A stretch of DNA of 64,000 nt from Tubiluchus corallicola (lineage: Eukaryota; Animalia; Priapulida): positions 4,729-68,728 of the forward strand of contig JAQGDQ010001033.1 in the NCBI GenBank assembly GCA_030141605.1. The letters are read 5' to 3'. Below are positions 13,187-25,641 of the stretch, piece after piece. Each line of letters opens with the position of its first letter. The first letter of the stretch is position 1. A model generated the notes under the pieces. That model saw only the letters and a list, made by a program, of their open reading frames with translations. It did not search any database and was not told where the DNA came from. Position numbers and translations under genes: made by a program.

Positions 13187-13599
13187 GTTGTCTTAAAAGT
13201 CCCAGGTCAAATTCACCCCCTTGCAATTTCCTGGATTCTTCAACTCTTTCCCCATTTGAACGTGCCATGATAAATTCCCACCATTATATGTTTACAGTTG
13301 CAATTAATAAGACGATTTAAGTTATCAAACTACATTACTTTTCTAATTGCAAACAAAAGAATCCTTATTTCAATGGATCATAAAATCTTGATATGATTTA
13401 ATACGTAAATATTTTGTTGGGAAGAACAAAGACACCTGGCCAAAAGCCATCGAGTGCAATCAAAAGAAAACACGGAGGCTGACAACGAAACTTTCAATAT
13501 AAGTTTTAATGTTCACTACAACATCCAAAGAAACTAATTTGTGTCGTGTATATTTGTACTTTGCGAGAAGTAAAACAAGAAACATTAAGCCATACTAAC

Positions 13600-13893
13600 C
13601 GCTATGTCAGCAGTTACTGCAATATATCCTGGCACTAATGGCACCGAAGATTGTCGTCCGTAGGAGAACACCTTCAGCGAACTACGTCTTCGACCGTGCA
13701 TGCGCGCAGCCGACTCTTGCATGTGGTCCGCATCATTGGGAACGTCACAGATCACACGGGGACATGCGTCACCTGCCGGAACTTCCATTTTCCGCACAGA
13801 TTTCCCTTCTGGGATTGTTCCTAAGAGTGAGGAACGTCTGCGGGACATCGGATGATGTCTAGTTTCCTTATCTAAGCCAATATGAGTCTCCAT
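13600..13893 (-). CDS. ATP13A3: Probable alternative first coding exon of the P5B ATPase (98 aa)
   Basis: GC-richer ORF from ATG 13893 ending at donor gcg|gttagt in phase 0, compatible with the 8953 exon; contains two RRRSSL motifs. Confidence 0.6.
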
Positions 13894-16289
13894 GACAGGC
13901 TAGTGTTGCGGTAAATAATAGACTGTTGACCTAAACCCGATGTATCCTCAATTTAGGGTCTACGTGGAAACAGACTGATATCATTGCTTCCCTTTCTCTG
14001 CTGCTAAAGTCTTAATGAGACAAACAACAAACCTCGTTACATCGCACGGCACTTTTGAGGAAGAAGATTGCTTCATACACCTTACACACGGACACCGGAT
14101 GACAACTTAATCCAAGACTAAATAGGATGCAAATAAGTTATTAGTGTTTCAGACATCTTTTCTACATATTAATCGGTAAATATTGATTGTATTTAGCAAT
14201 GTGTTATCAAGGAATGTATGTAAAATACATGCATGCATTCGCATTATTTTATACCAAAAAGCACTCGGACCAAACACCGACCCATTACCTTACAATAGCG
14301 AAATTAACAATTTAACAACTCAGTAAAGTCGAGAACCAAGCCCGAGACTGACAACAATGTGCTAGGTTTGTTTTCTTTTCTAACTGTGGCTAAGTAACAG
14401 GGAAAACATGAGGTTTACATTTCATAGCATGTTTAGAATAGCTTACTAGTATTACTGGTTGCAGAAAGAGAAAACTACTAAAGAAGATTAGAAAACCAAA
14501 CCGGAGAAAACAGAAGTGTTCACAAGCAGAATCACCATCCTCTTGTTTAAAACCAAAAACACAACAAAGTAGTTTTCCATTTTCTTCATCAGTACAACTT
14601 GTCAACTTTGTGCAGTGTAAAGGTGTGATACAACAGACGTACTTAATGTGGATACTGCACGGTTTACAAAAACTCTGGCTTTAGCTCGTGTTCACACAAA
14701 ACCTACGGTGGCAGACATTACGGTCCAATCGTTCTCGATTCGATGCGTTTTCATTTCACAATTTCAGTCAAAATCCCCCAAACACAGTAAGTTTATTATA
14801 CAAAAGTTCCAGTTTTAAGAATCCAATGGACACTAAGCAGTGAAATTTTGTGACACGCGTTCCTGAAGTTCGACAGACGCTAGCATCGCACGAGGGTGAC
14901 TGGGGACCGGAGATCAATTCCGGTACCCTGATCAGAGTTCAACCGATTCAATCTTGACACTGTAATCAATTGATAATCATTCACACAAATCAAGCATTTA
15001 AATAAGCCTCCTGGCTGGTCAAATGCATTTAACTCAGTATAAACCACAATGATAAGAAGTCTGCAGCAGCCACAGAACTAAAAATTGCTTAGTTAATTCA
15101 CATCTGCTCACCAATTTAACTAAAACCGCTCGTTCCTTTTTAATACACTCACTTTTCGATTTTAATACATCACTTGCACGTAGAAAATCATACTCTGTCA
15201 GGTAAGACACTTTAAAAAGTTATGACAGATAAATCACATTAAGAGTTACGGCAGGTAAACGTGTGTCTTAGATTATGTACATAGCAGCAACAAGTATTTA
15301 ATCCTTTGAACAAATTAAAGCAATAATGCACAGATCAAGTCTTGACGAGTGACCTTGAGAGGAGCTCTTGACGAGTGACCTTGAGATGAGGATAGCGAAG
15401 GAATAAAATGACATTCCCGAATCAGATATTTTAATAAAAAACTAATTGTTTGTTAGACAGAATCTATTAAGAATAAAAAATTAACAAGCAGAAATTGGAA
15501 CAATCTTAGAAAAACAATGATTGTTGTTACTTTGCAAAATCAGGTGTTCCCAATTGTCTTACGGAGCATCACAATTCCCAATCAGAAATCACAAAGGGAA
15601 GGTAACAAACAAGTTTCTTCACGGCTCCGGCAGCGGCAAATACGAACACACCCAACCTTTGAAACGGATTTATTTGAAACGTGTAAATTTTCACTCTAAA
15701 AACAGCACAAAAATGACGAAAACTGCCCAGGACACGGCAAGTTGAGCAACGCGACACGCCGAATAGTCGCCTTATGCTGCAATGAACACAAAACTCATCA
15801 ACTTATCCGAAAAGAGCAGCAACAAAGATACCCTGGAGGCCTCTCTTACCCTGTAATTACTTAAGCATTGAACTGGAGTCTATCATCAGACAAAATTGCA
15901 GTTTTTACTCAAGAACATGCTTTTAACTGCTTGAAGAAAGTCACGAGGAAATAGCTAAAGTTTCATGCTCACAATATAAGATACAGACAGGGCCAGAACA
16001 TGACATTTTGAGCCCTAGGCTCATGAAATTATGGGGCATCTCGTAGGCGGGGCCACCCTTTAACTCGCCCGCACTCGTTTTGATATATTTTAGCAACATT
16101 TACACAGCTTACTGCCAATTAAATAAATTAGAATAGCTGTCTTTGTTTGTCAATGAAAATATTCTTTAAGAAACATCACCATTTTATTCATTAAACAAAA
16201 AAGTTAGTAAGAAAAAGAAAGAAATTTTAGAAAAAGGAAATACATTTACAGAACAGAACCAACTTAAAATGATTCATTAAGACAATAAT

Positions 16290-17941
16290 TTTAGAGGAAA
16301 GGACACTTAGCACTTAGCATGTTGGGTTTATTTTAGTCATTTACTGTTATCACTTAAACTGTTTGTGGTGTGCTAAAGGAAGGACAAGTCACTCAACATG
16401 TTGGGTTTATTTCACTGTTATCACTTAAACTGTTTGTGGTGCGCTAAAGGAAAGAACAAGTCACTCAGTATGTTGGGTTTATTTTACTGTTATCACTTAA
16501 ACTGTTTGTGGTGTGCTAAAGGAAGGACAAGTCACTCAGCATGCTGGGTTTGTTTCACTGTTATCACTTAAACTGTTTGTGGTGCGCTAAAGGAAGGACA
16601 AGTCACTCAGCATGCTGGGTTTGTTTCACTGTTATCACTTAAACTGTTTGTGGTGCGCTAAAGGGAGGACAAGTCACTTAGCATGTTGGGTTTATTTTAC
16701 TGTTATCACTTAAACTGTTTGTGGTGTGCTAAAGGAAGGACAAGTCACTCAGCATGCTGGGTTTGTTTCACTGTTATCACTTAAACTGTTTGTGGTGTGC
16801 TAAAGGAAGGACAAGTCACTTAGCATGTTGGGTTTATTTCACTGTTATCACTTAAACTGTTTGTGGTGCGCTAAAGGGAGGACAAGTCACTCAGCATGTT
16901 GGGTTTATTTTACTGTTATCACTTAAACTGTTTGTGGTGCGCTAAAGGAAGGACAAGTCACTCAGCATGTTGGGTTTATTTTACTGTTATCACTTAAACT
17001 GTTTGTGGTGCGCTAAAGGAAGGACAAGTCACTCAGCATGTTGGGTTTATTTTACTGTTATCACTTAAACTGTTTGTGGTGTGCTAAAGGGAGGACAAGT
17101 CACTCAGCATGTTGGGTTTATTTTACTGTTATCACTTAAACTGTTTGTGGTGCGCTAAAGGAAAGACAAGTCACTCAGTATGTTGGGTTTGTTTTACTGT
17201 TATCACTTAAACTGTTTGTGGTGTGCTAAAGGAAGGACAAGTCACTCAGTATGTTGGGTTTATTTTACTGTTATCACTTAAACTGTTTGTGGTGTGCTAA
17301 AGGGAGGACAAGTCACTCAGCATGTTGGGTTTATTTTAGTCATTTACTGTTATCACTTAAACTGTTTGTGGTGCGCTAAAGGAAGGACAAGTCACTTAGC
17401 ATGTTGGGTTTATTTTAGTCATTTACTGTTATCACTTAAATTTAAAGAAACATAACGAAGAAATGTGCAATAAAAACCTCTCTATAAAGCTTAAAGCTAA
17501 TTTATACTAACACTGTATAGAAATTTTCAGGCCTGGTGGTAACTGCAATTCACTTGAAAATTATGATGTAACTGGTAAACTTTATGGCTTTTTCTAAGTG
17601 CAATGTGGTTTTTCCTTAAGCGTGCACTGTTTAAATTAATTCAAACTTCTTCAGTTTACTTAATGTACATGCGAAAATATCGCAAAATTAGTATCTATTA
17701 TTGTACCATTATGCTTTTGAAATAAGCGGACAATGCGCTTCTTTTCTTCAACTAATGAATGATGTCATTGACGGAAGGAATGTACATTCAAAATGGGAGC
17801 GCAAACGCTCGAAATGATCGCAATTTTAAAGTGATTTTACTAATTACTCTTATCAGTCTTTTATTACTACATCCTTTCTATCATTTTTATCAAACACTGA
17901 AACAAGCCTAACTTCCCAGAAAGTGTGGCCTTTTCCTTTAA
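16290..17941 (+). mobile_element. TTAA-AG-terminated MITE family B copy 1, left end expanded into a ~71-bp minisatellite (~16 copies, ~16310-17440)
   Basis: Repeat unit contains ctaaaggaaggacaag; unique body ~17490-17941 is homologous to ~35107-35552; right end tgtggccttttcctttaa is roughly the inverse of the left end. Confidence 0.8.
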
Positions 17942-18228
17942 TCAGAAGGACTATAAGCTTGTAACTTTTCACATGCCAAGACAACAGGGATCTTACAAAG
18001 TTACGTCACATTATAATTTTCACTAACTAGCACTTTCAGAGTACATATTGTGAACTGGATCTTCCACGCCTAACTTCCCAGAAAGTGTGGCCTTTTCCTT
18101 TAATCCGGTGGACTATAAGCTTGTAACTTTTCACATACGAACACAACAGGGATCTTACAAAGTTACGTCACATTATAATTTTCACTAACTAGCACTTTCA
18201 GAGTACATATTGTGAACTGGATCTTCCA
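17907..18228. repeat. ~161-bp tandem duplication spanning the MITE right end and flank
   Basis: gcctaacttcccagaaagtgtggcc...ggatcttcca occurs at 17907 and 18068. Confidence 0.9.
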
Positions 18229-18559
18229 TGCGATGGTGTGCATTACATGCAAACAGTTTGACCTTCGCCTGCCTGCCCCAGGACATAATGACCAATTGAG
18301 TGGACAGCGCACATGAAACATGTTACTTAATGAAGTCACAGTACGAAGGGCAGATCATTCGCTTATTTTCAGCCAGACGTTGTAAAGGCCAAGGACAAGG
18401 TGGTATTGCCAGCAGGAAAATAAGGTGGAGAAAACCCAGTGATGTGGTATAATGTGAAGACAGCAAGAAATTTAGGAGGGTTTTGCTATGGCAAAATCTT
18501 AAACAGAAATATAGTCTCAGGTAGAGTGATGGGCAATTTTGAAATTTTATTTTCGATTT

Positions 18560-18932
18560 AAAGCAAAAAGGTTGAAACAACGAAAAACAAAAAGGGTGAA
18601 ACAACAAAAAGTAAAAAGGGTGAAACAACGAAAAGCAAAAAGGTTGAAACAACGAAAAGCAAAAAGGGTGAAACAACAAAAAGCAAAAAGGTTGAAACAA
18701 CAAAAAGCAAAAAAGGTTGAAACAACAAAAAGTAAAAAGGGTGAAACAACAAAAAGCAAAAAAGGCTGAAACAACAAAAAGCAAAAAAGGCTGAAACAAC
18801 AAAAAGCAAAAAAGGCTGAAACAACAAAAAGCAAAAAAGGTTGAAACAACGAAAAGCAAAAAGGGTGAAACAACGAAAAGCAAAAGGTTGAAACAACAAA
18901 AAGCAAAAAGGGTGAAACAACGAAAGCAAAAA
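18560..18932. repeat. A-rich ~24-25-bp minisatellite, ~15 copies
   Basis: Unit aaaagcaaaaagggtgaaacaac(a/g). Confidence 0.93.
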
Positions 18933-20225
18933 CATACATAAAGAGACAGTTTTCACAATTATGACATAATAAAAATGCCGCACTAATACTGATCTAGAAG
19001 TCTTGTAAAACAATTAACTGGCTTGTGCTGCCACCTTTTAATCAGATTTATAAACTTTCCTTCAACAGATGGCAGTACTGGACAAAAAAATTGAAAACTT
19101 GTTTATTTCACGACAAAAAATAAATCAAGGTAGATAAAATGTTTTCTTTAGCCAGACAGGAGGTAACTACTGCAAATAGCTATGTGTTATAAACTCGTAA
19201 TAAATATTACAATTTATATCATAAATGAGAATTTACAAAATTATTTATTATCCTTCATAAGTGAGTTTATGTAAATAAAGTGAAATAAAAACTCTACTAG
19301 ATAAAAAACCGCAACAAAGTAAGTGATATGCTCGAATCAGTGATATGCTAAGTGACACTTGATTCTAAAAAAACTGTTGAAAATGAAAACAGTTTTAAAG
19401 ACAGCAACAAATCGTAATATAATACCGAGAATGAGTATTGAACCCAATGTTCATACATTGATTCACTAACCGGGCTTGGTGTTGCTTAACTTTGGTCACC
19501 AAAGTTACTAATGCACATCTCAGGAAAACAATTAGCCACACATGCTGTTACCTGTCCATTCATCGATCATGTCACAACAAACATTGTGAAACATACCTTT
19601 TCTGGGTAACCCTACCAGCGAAACTTAATGACAGACGTAAACCGAGACACCATTACTGCGTGAAAACATTAATCACGTTAAAACCCGTTTCATCGCATCA
19701 CAAGAGGCGAACACAACGCATGTGACAAACAATGATCATTATCTGCTAAGGATAAGGCCAGGTAAGGTTCAAGCATTCAGAAATTTCACTAATCTATAGT
19801 CATTTCAAACACAACTAAAGCACCTGGCTGTGAGGTGGATGATTCAAGATAACAGAATATGCCTGTCAAATGAATAAACGCTTGAAAAAGAGGACAAATA
19901 AGCGGTGCGAATAGTCGGCATGATTTTCCAAATCAGAAGATTAAAAAATACATATGAAATTAAATCAGATGAATAAATATTTGTGAAATGACAAGCATTT
20001 CCAGAAGAGAATAAGTATTTTTTAACACTGGACCCTTAAAATCTGGTGCCTCTCAGAATTTGGTCCCCTGGGTTACAGCCTAATTAGTCTTCTGATAGAT
20101 ACGCCCCTGCAAACAGCCTGTTATTGCTGGGAAGTTGGGAACGATGTCACACGGGACAACAGAAGTTAAAGAGTTAAACAACAGAAGAAAATTGTCACTT
20201 TCAAAGACGTTTCTAGGGGAATGCC

Positions 20226-21050
20226 GTGATGAAAAAGAACCCTTGGCGTAAACAAATCCAAGTTAGAATATTACATTGGATTGGGCGTGTACTAAGACTA
20301 CCAGACTAGCCCAAGAATCTCCTCTTCCCATGAAGACGATGATGATGATGATTGTGATGATCTGTATGATGTGATGAAGAAGAACCCTTGGAATAAACAA
20401 ATCCAAGTTAGAATATTACATTGGATTGGGCGTGTACTAAGACTACCAGATTAGCCCAAGAATCTCCTCTTCCCATGAAGATGATGATGATGATGATTGT
20501 GATGATCTGTATGATGTGATGAAGAAGAACCCTTGGAATAAACAAATCCAAGTTAAAATATTGCATTGGATTGGGTGTGTACTAAGACTACCAGACTATC
20601 CCAAGAATCTCCTCTTCCCATGAAGATGATGATGATGATGATTGTGATGATCTGTATGTGATGAAAAAGAACCCTTGGCGTAAACAAATCCAAGTTAGAA
20701 TATTGCATTGGATTGGGCGTGTACTAAGACTACCAGATTAGCCCAAGAATCTCCTCTTCCCATGAAGATGATGATGATGATGATTGTGATGATCTGTATG
20801 ATGTGATGAAGAAGAACCCAAGGAATAAACAAATCCAAGTTAGAATATTGCATTAGATTGGCCATGTACTAAGACTACCAGACAGGCTGAAGAATCTTCT
20901 CTTGCCACAGTAAAGCTCTTGAAATGACAAAAACCACCTAGAGGGGGGGGGGGGTGTCAACTACTGATTTACATAGATAAGCTGCAAAAAGATCTGGCAA
21001 ATACAATTCTAGATTTTTGGGAAGATGCATTGCGGGCGCAGTGTCGGAGG
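20226..21050 (+). mobile_element. RTE-like LINE C-terminal remnant, tandemly amplified as a ~148-bp unit (~4.5 copies) with (GAT)n
   Basis: Unit translates KQIQVRILHWIGRVLRLPD, similar to the RTE ORF C-terminal RLRWLGHVLRM motif; the last copy continues into unique sequence ...IDKLQKDL. Confidence 0.6.
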
Positions 21051-21160
21051 GCGCCATGTTTTAGAGCTTAAAAGCATGGAAATGAGGAAATGGTGAATTC
21101 AAACAACTATTTCATCCCGGCGTTAAACAAAAGAAATTCCACAAAAGCCATCTGTCTTAC

Positions 21161-21295
21161 CATCTGAGTTTCTTCTCCAATATTAACATACTGCCGGTCA
21201 CGACTGATACGTCCTTCCAATGGCACGCGACCAAAAGATGAACTGTTAGCGCCCTGAGTTGATTGTGTGGAGTACTGCCCTGTCATCTGGGCCAT
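21161..21295 (-). CDS. ATP13A3: P5B-type ATPase first recognisable coding exon (exon acceptor at 21297)
   Basis: Acceptor ttgattgtag|gt ATG, donor atg|gtaaga, phase 0. Encodes MAQMTGQY...DRQYVNIGEETQM, which joins EIYGY as in the conserved 'IN.GEEDEMEIYGY' of ATP13A3. Confidence 0.88.
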
Positions 21296-22191
21296 ACCTA
21301 CAATCAAAAAATCAATACTTGTGAGTAACCACAGTAATCCACAGTAAAAGTCAGTCAATCTTGTTAATTATTCTTTCATGCCAGAGTACAAACTTTGATT
21401 TCGTAGCTCCTATCCTTTCCTGCTGGAACATTAGCTACTTCTGTACGCTGTCTTTCATTACGGTGAGCTTACTGACTGAAATTTAAGTTTAAGCAAAACT
21501 GCAACGGTATAACTGCTTACTTGCTAGAGTGTTCATTAATTTTTTTGTCGTGTAAAACACAGCACCGCCACGATATTTCACATAAACATGACTTGTGTAC
21601 TGATTAGGGGTGAGCATAGCTGTTGTCCAGTATTCACCGTTTACTGTCAGCTTTTCTTGGTTAATTTTTATAAGCATTAAAGCAACATATTCGATTTGTT
21701 TAAAATCATTTTAATTATATTATAATTAATTTAATATAAAAAGTAACTCTGGTACATCTTACAACAGAAGTTTACTGCACTGGATTTTTATACTGAAGTT
21801 CAGGGGAAAAATTTCGAAACCCAAATATTCGGTGCATCGTTAAGCAGGTGCTACTGTACATGTATGTGCAAAATGCTAATGAAACACGTGCTCCAAACTA
21901 AAAATGTGAACCATGTAAGTGTGAATAACCATGTAAGTGTGAGTGTACTCACGCAAATCATTAGAGTCAGCACCATCATAAGTCTGTCCAGATTCCCCAT
22001 CAGCTGTTGAAGAGGAGGGTAAATCATGATATACCCCTAAGAAAAAATACCAAATACATGAAATTCAACTTCTATGTATACTTTGCGTACGGTGTACACG
22101 TATGGCACAATGTATCAACAGTTTTAACTCTCGAAAAAGCAAAAAACAATTTATATAGTATCCTATCAAAGTGTTTACAATAACTGCATAT

Positions 22192-22590
22192 TTGTTGTTC
22201 GCATCCTTCTGTCTCGGAAGACAATGGCGTATGCGCCAAGAGAGTCAGTTATTGATCACACTGATGGAGTTGCAGCTTCGACTGTGGCTGAGCAGTCCGA
22301 TCCTTGAACGTCTCCAGGGTGCACGCTTGGGCAAGGTGTTGTGAGATCCTGAGTTGCCCAGACAACAGGAACCACCTCTCTTCCTCGGAGCGATAGGCTT
22401 GGCACCAGGTTAGCTGCAGGAGCTGCCGGAGTCAGTGAGCATGCTGCAATGGTCCGCCTTTGGGGCTCCACTCCTGATTTGGAAGGTTTACTCCTCTACA
22501 CATGACCCGGGTCACTTGACCTCCTCCGCCCTCTAGCAGTGGGCTGCTTGTGCAGCTCCTCCGCCTAGTGTCGAGATACAGTGTGGGCAA
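22192..22590 (-). mobile_element. RTE-derived short non-autonomous retroelement (SINE-like), copy 1
   Basis: Homologous to 30437-30831. Minus strand has ggagtaaacct (RTE 5'-UTR-like) and ends ccattgtcttccgagacagaaggatgc + aacaac tail (RTE 3'-end-like). Confidence 0.7.
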
Positions 22591-22626
22591 CAATTGACTG
22601 CATATAATACACAAATATCTCAGTAA

Positions 22627-22769
22627 GGCTAAAATTTACGATTCTCACACACAAGCAATTAGTTCATAAAGTGGATTAGGAATAGGAATAGGGTTGGGTT
22701 TAGGTTTAGGGATAGAATTAGGGTTAGTGTTAGGGTATTTAAATTGTGTGGGGAATTGTAAAATCCTTC
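22627..22769. mobile_element. Small MITE with GG...CC termini, 8-bp TSD and telomere-like TTAGG(G) interior
   Basis: TSD ctcagtaa at 22619-22626 and 22770-22777; subterminal inverted pair tttacgattctcacacacaa / ttgtgtgggaattgtaaaa. Confidence 0.65.
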
Positions 22770-22950
22770 CCTCAGTAATAGTAAAGTTTTTAAACAATTA
22801 AGTTTAGTACAATCCAGGGTTAACTGGTGATTAAATGCTATTCAAACCCCGTGTGATTCTACCATGTAAGAATTTAGTGAGCGTGAAGCTGAAACAGTTT
22901 CTGTCCTTGAAGACAGTGGCAGTGCCAATGGAAACTCTCAAAGCGGGTTT

Positions 22951-23723
22951 TTAAAGTACAAGAAAACCCTCCACTTACGTGTATAAAGCTTAAAAAATTC
23001 GTCTTGAACTTTGTACCGCTTACATACTGCCTTTTTGCATGCAGGGCTTGCATCGGCAGTAATGCTGTATAAAACTTGTAAATTTAAACTCCAGCGATGA
23101 CCGTTAGGTGCTGCCATTTTGAAGGTAGGTAGTTTGAAACGAGTTTAGATAACTTTGGTGCGTGAAGTTTGAAAAAAATCACAGCATTCGTAGCATACAT
23201 GTTACTAATTAAGTAAAATTTTAAATTACTGTATCTTGTCAATAAGATTAAAAATACGTTTTTGGTTAGTGAGCATTCGTAGCATACATGTTACTAATTA
23301 AGTAAAATTTTAAATTACTGTATCTTGTCAATAAGATTAAAAATACGTTTTTGGTTAGTGAGTGGCGCACCCTGGAGGGTAAGCCAGCATCATTTTACCA
23401 ATTGGCATAAACATTTTAAATTATTATTTCTAGTTACATAAGTCTTTCAAGCAGGTAAGTGAAATGCTAAGTAATATAGATTTGCACGGAAAGTTTTTTG
23501 GGACGTAGTTTAACATTTCCCTTTCTTCCCCTGATTTACGTTTGCATAGTGACGTCATGTAATCGCTTCGTCGGAACAGCATTGCTGGAGATTTAAAATG
23601 AAAACAAACAAAAATTCCTTTTAACCCGAGCGTGATATACGCATAAAATTGCTATAAAGTAGTATAATTTTTAAGGCGATTTTTCTGAAACCTACTTCTG
23701 ATACCCCCTTTTCTTGTCCTTTA
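22951..23723 (+). mobile_element. TTAA-AG-terminated MITE family C copy 1 (internal 89-bp duplication)
   Basis: TIR ttaaagtacaagaaa / tttcttgtccttta; collinear with 48280-48970. Confidence 0.78.
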
Positions 23724-23774
23724 TGTGCACTCACTACAAACCATACCTACCTAACATTGTTTTAAAAGTAAACA

Positions 23775-25156
23775 CAAGGCCGGCTCTACCACTAGTCAGA
23801 GTAGGCAGTTGCCAAAGGTGTCAAACTACCTAGAGCCACCACTGGGTAGTTGCCTAGGGTGTCAAACTACCTAGAGCCACCACTGGGTAGTTGCCAAAGG
23901 TGTCAAACTACCTAGAGCCACCACTTGGTAGTTGACTAGGGTGTCAAACTACCTAGAGCCACCACTGGGTAGTTGACTAGGGTGTCAAACTACCTAGAGC
24001 CACCACTGGGTAGTTGACTAGGGTGTCAAACTACCTACAGCCACTACTGGGTAGTTGCCTAGGGCGTCAAACTACCTAGAGCCGCCACTGGGTAGTTGCC
24101 TAGGGTGTCAAACTACCTAGAGCCGCCACTGGGTAGTTGCCTAGGGTGTCAAACTACCTAGAGCCGACACTGGGTAGTTGACTAGGGCGTCAAACTACCT
24201 AGAGCCACCACTGGGTAGTTGACTAGGGTGTCAAACTACCTAGAGCCACCACTGGGTAGTTGCCTAGGGTGTCAAACTACCTAGAGCCACCACTGGATAG
24301 TTGCCTAGGGTGTCAAACTACCTAGAGCCACCACTGGGTAGTTGACTAGGGTGTCAAACTACCTAGAGCCGCCACTGGGTAGTTGCCTAGGGTGTCAAAC
24401 AACCTAGAGCCGCCACTGGGTAGTTGCCTAGGGTGTCAAACTACCTAGAGCCGCCACTGGGTAGTTGACTAGGGTGTCAAACTACCTAGAGCCGACACTG
24501 GGTAGTTGACTAGGGCGTCAAACTACCTACAGCCACTACTGGGTAGTTGACTAGGGTGTCAAACTACCTAGAGCCGCCACTGGGTAGTTGCCTAGGGTGT
24601 CAAACTACCTAGAGCCACCACTGGATAGTTGCCTAGGGCGTCAAACTACCTAGAGCCACCACTGGGTAGTTGCCTAGGGTGTCAAACTACCTAGAGCCGC
24701 CACTGGGTAGTTGACTAGGGTGTCAAACTACCTAGAGCCGCCACTGGGTAGTTGACTAGGGTGTCAAACTACCTAGAGCCGCCACTGGGTAGTTGACTAG
24801 GGCGTCAAACTACCTAGAGCCGCCACTGGGTAGTTGCCTAGGGTGTCAAACTACCTAGAGCCACCACTGGGTAGTTGCCTAGGGTGTCAAACTACCTAGA
24901 GCCGCCACTGGGTAGTTGACTAGGGTGTCAAACTACCTAGAGCCACCACTGGGTAGTTGACTAGGGTGTCAAACTACCTAGAGCCACCACTGGGTAGTTG
25001 CCTAGGGTGTCAAACTACCTAGAGCCGACACTGGGTAGTTGACTAGGGTGTCAAACTACCTAGAGCCGCCACTGGGTAGTTGCCTAGGGTGTCAAACTAC
25101 CTAGAGCCACCACTGGGTAGTTGCCTAGGGTGTCAAACTACCTAGAGCCAGCACTG
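23775..25156. mobile_element. Tiny hAT-like MITE expanded into a 41-bp minisatellite (~33 copies)
   Basis: TIRs caaggccggctcta / tagagccagcactg; TSD agtaaaca (23767-74) / ggtaaaca (25157-64); unit tagagccaccactgggtagttgcctagggtgtcaaactacc. Confidence 0.85.
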
Positions 25157-25641
25157 GGTAAACAGGGTTTTTCATAAAGTCACCCTGGACATCTTGTGAA
25201 GTCGCTACGCATCAATTGAACCACGAATGAAAATTGTTGTGGAGAGACGACACCTAGCTTACCTGTGAAACTGCAACAGTGCAAGCTAACAGCATTTGAA
25301 CTAAAGACTATGCACACAGGTCGATGCAAACTGGGGCTATTACTCTTTAACTGCCTAACATAACCCATAAACCTGAGGATTTATCCCACAGCAAAGACAC
25401 ACAGTCAACAAATTGAAGAATCAGAGTACGTGTATTTACAACTCATCACATCACCCTATGAGCATACACTACCAAAAATCAAATTCAAACTTTAAGATTT
25501 CAAATTCGAATTCATTAATGAAATTTTCTTTTTAATGAAGAAAAAAATCTCAAAATTATACCATCACAGCTATTATAAAAAATATCACGAGTAATACTTG
25601 ATATTGGTTACAATAATAATTTGACAAACATGCCAAGGTTG

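Noticed and set aside
23775-25156. Palindromic 41-bp (and 45-, 28-, 40-bp) repeats as CRISPR arrays
   Set aside because: Head-to-tail repeats with no unique spacers, no cas genes, and a spliced eukaryotic context.
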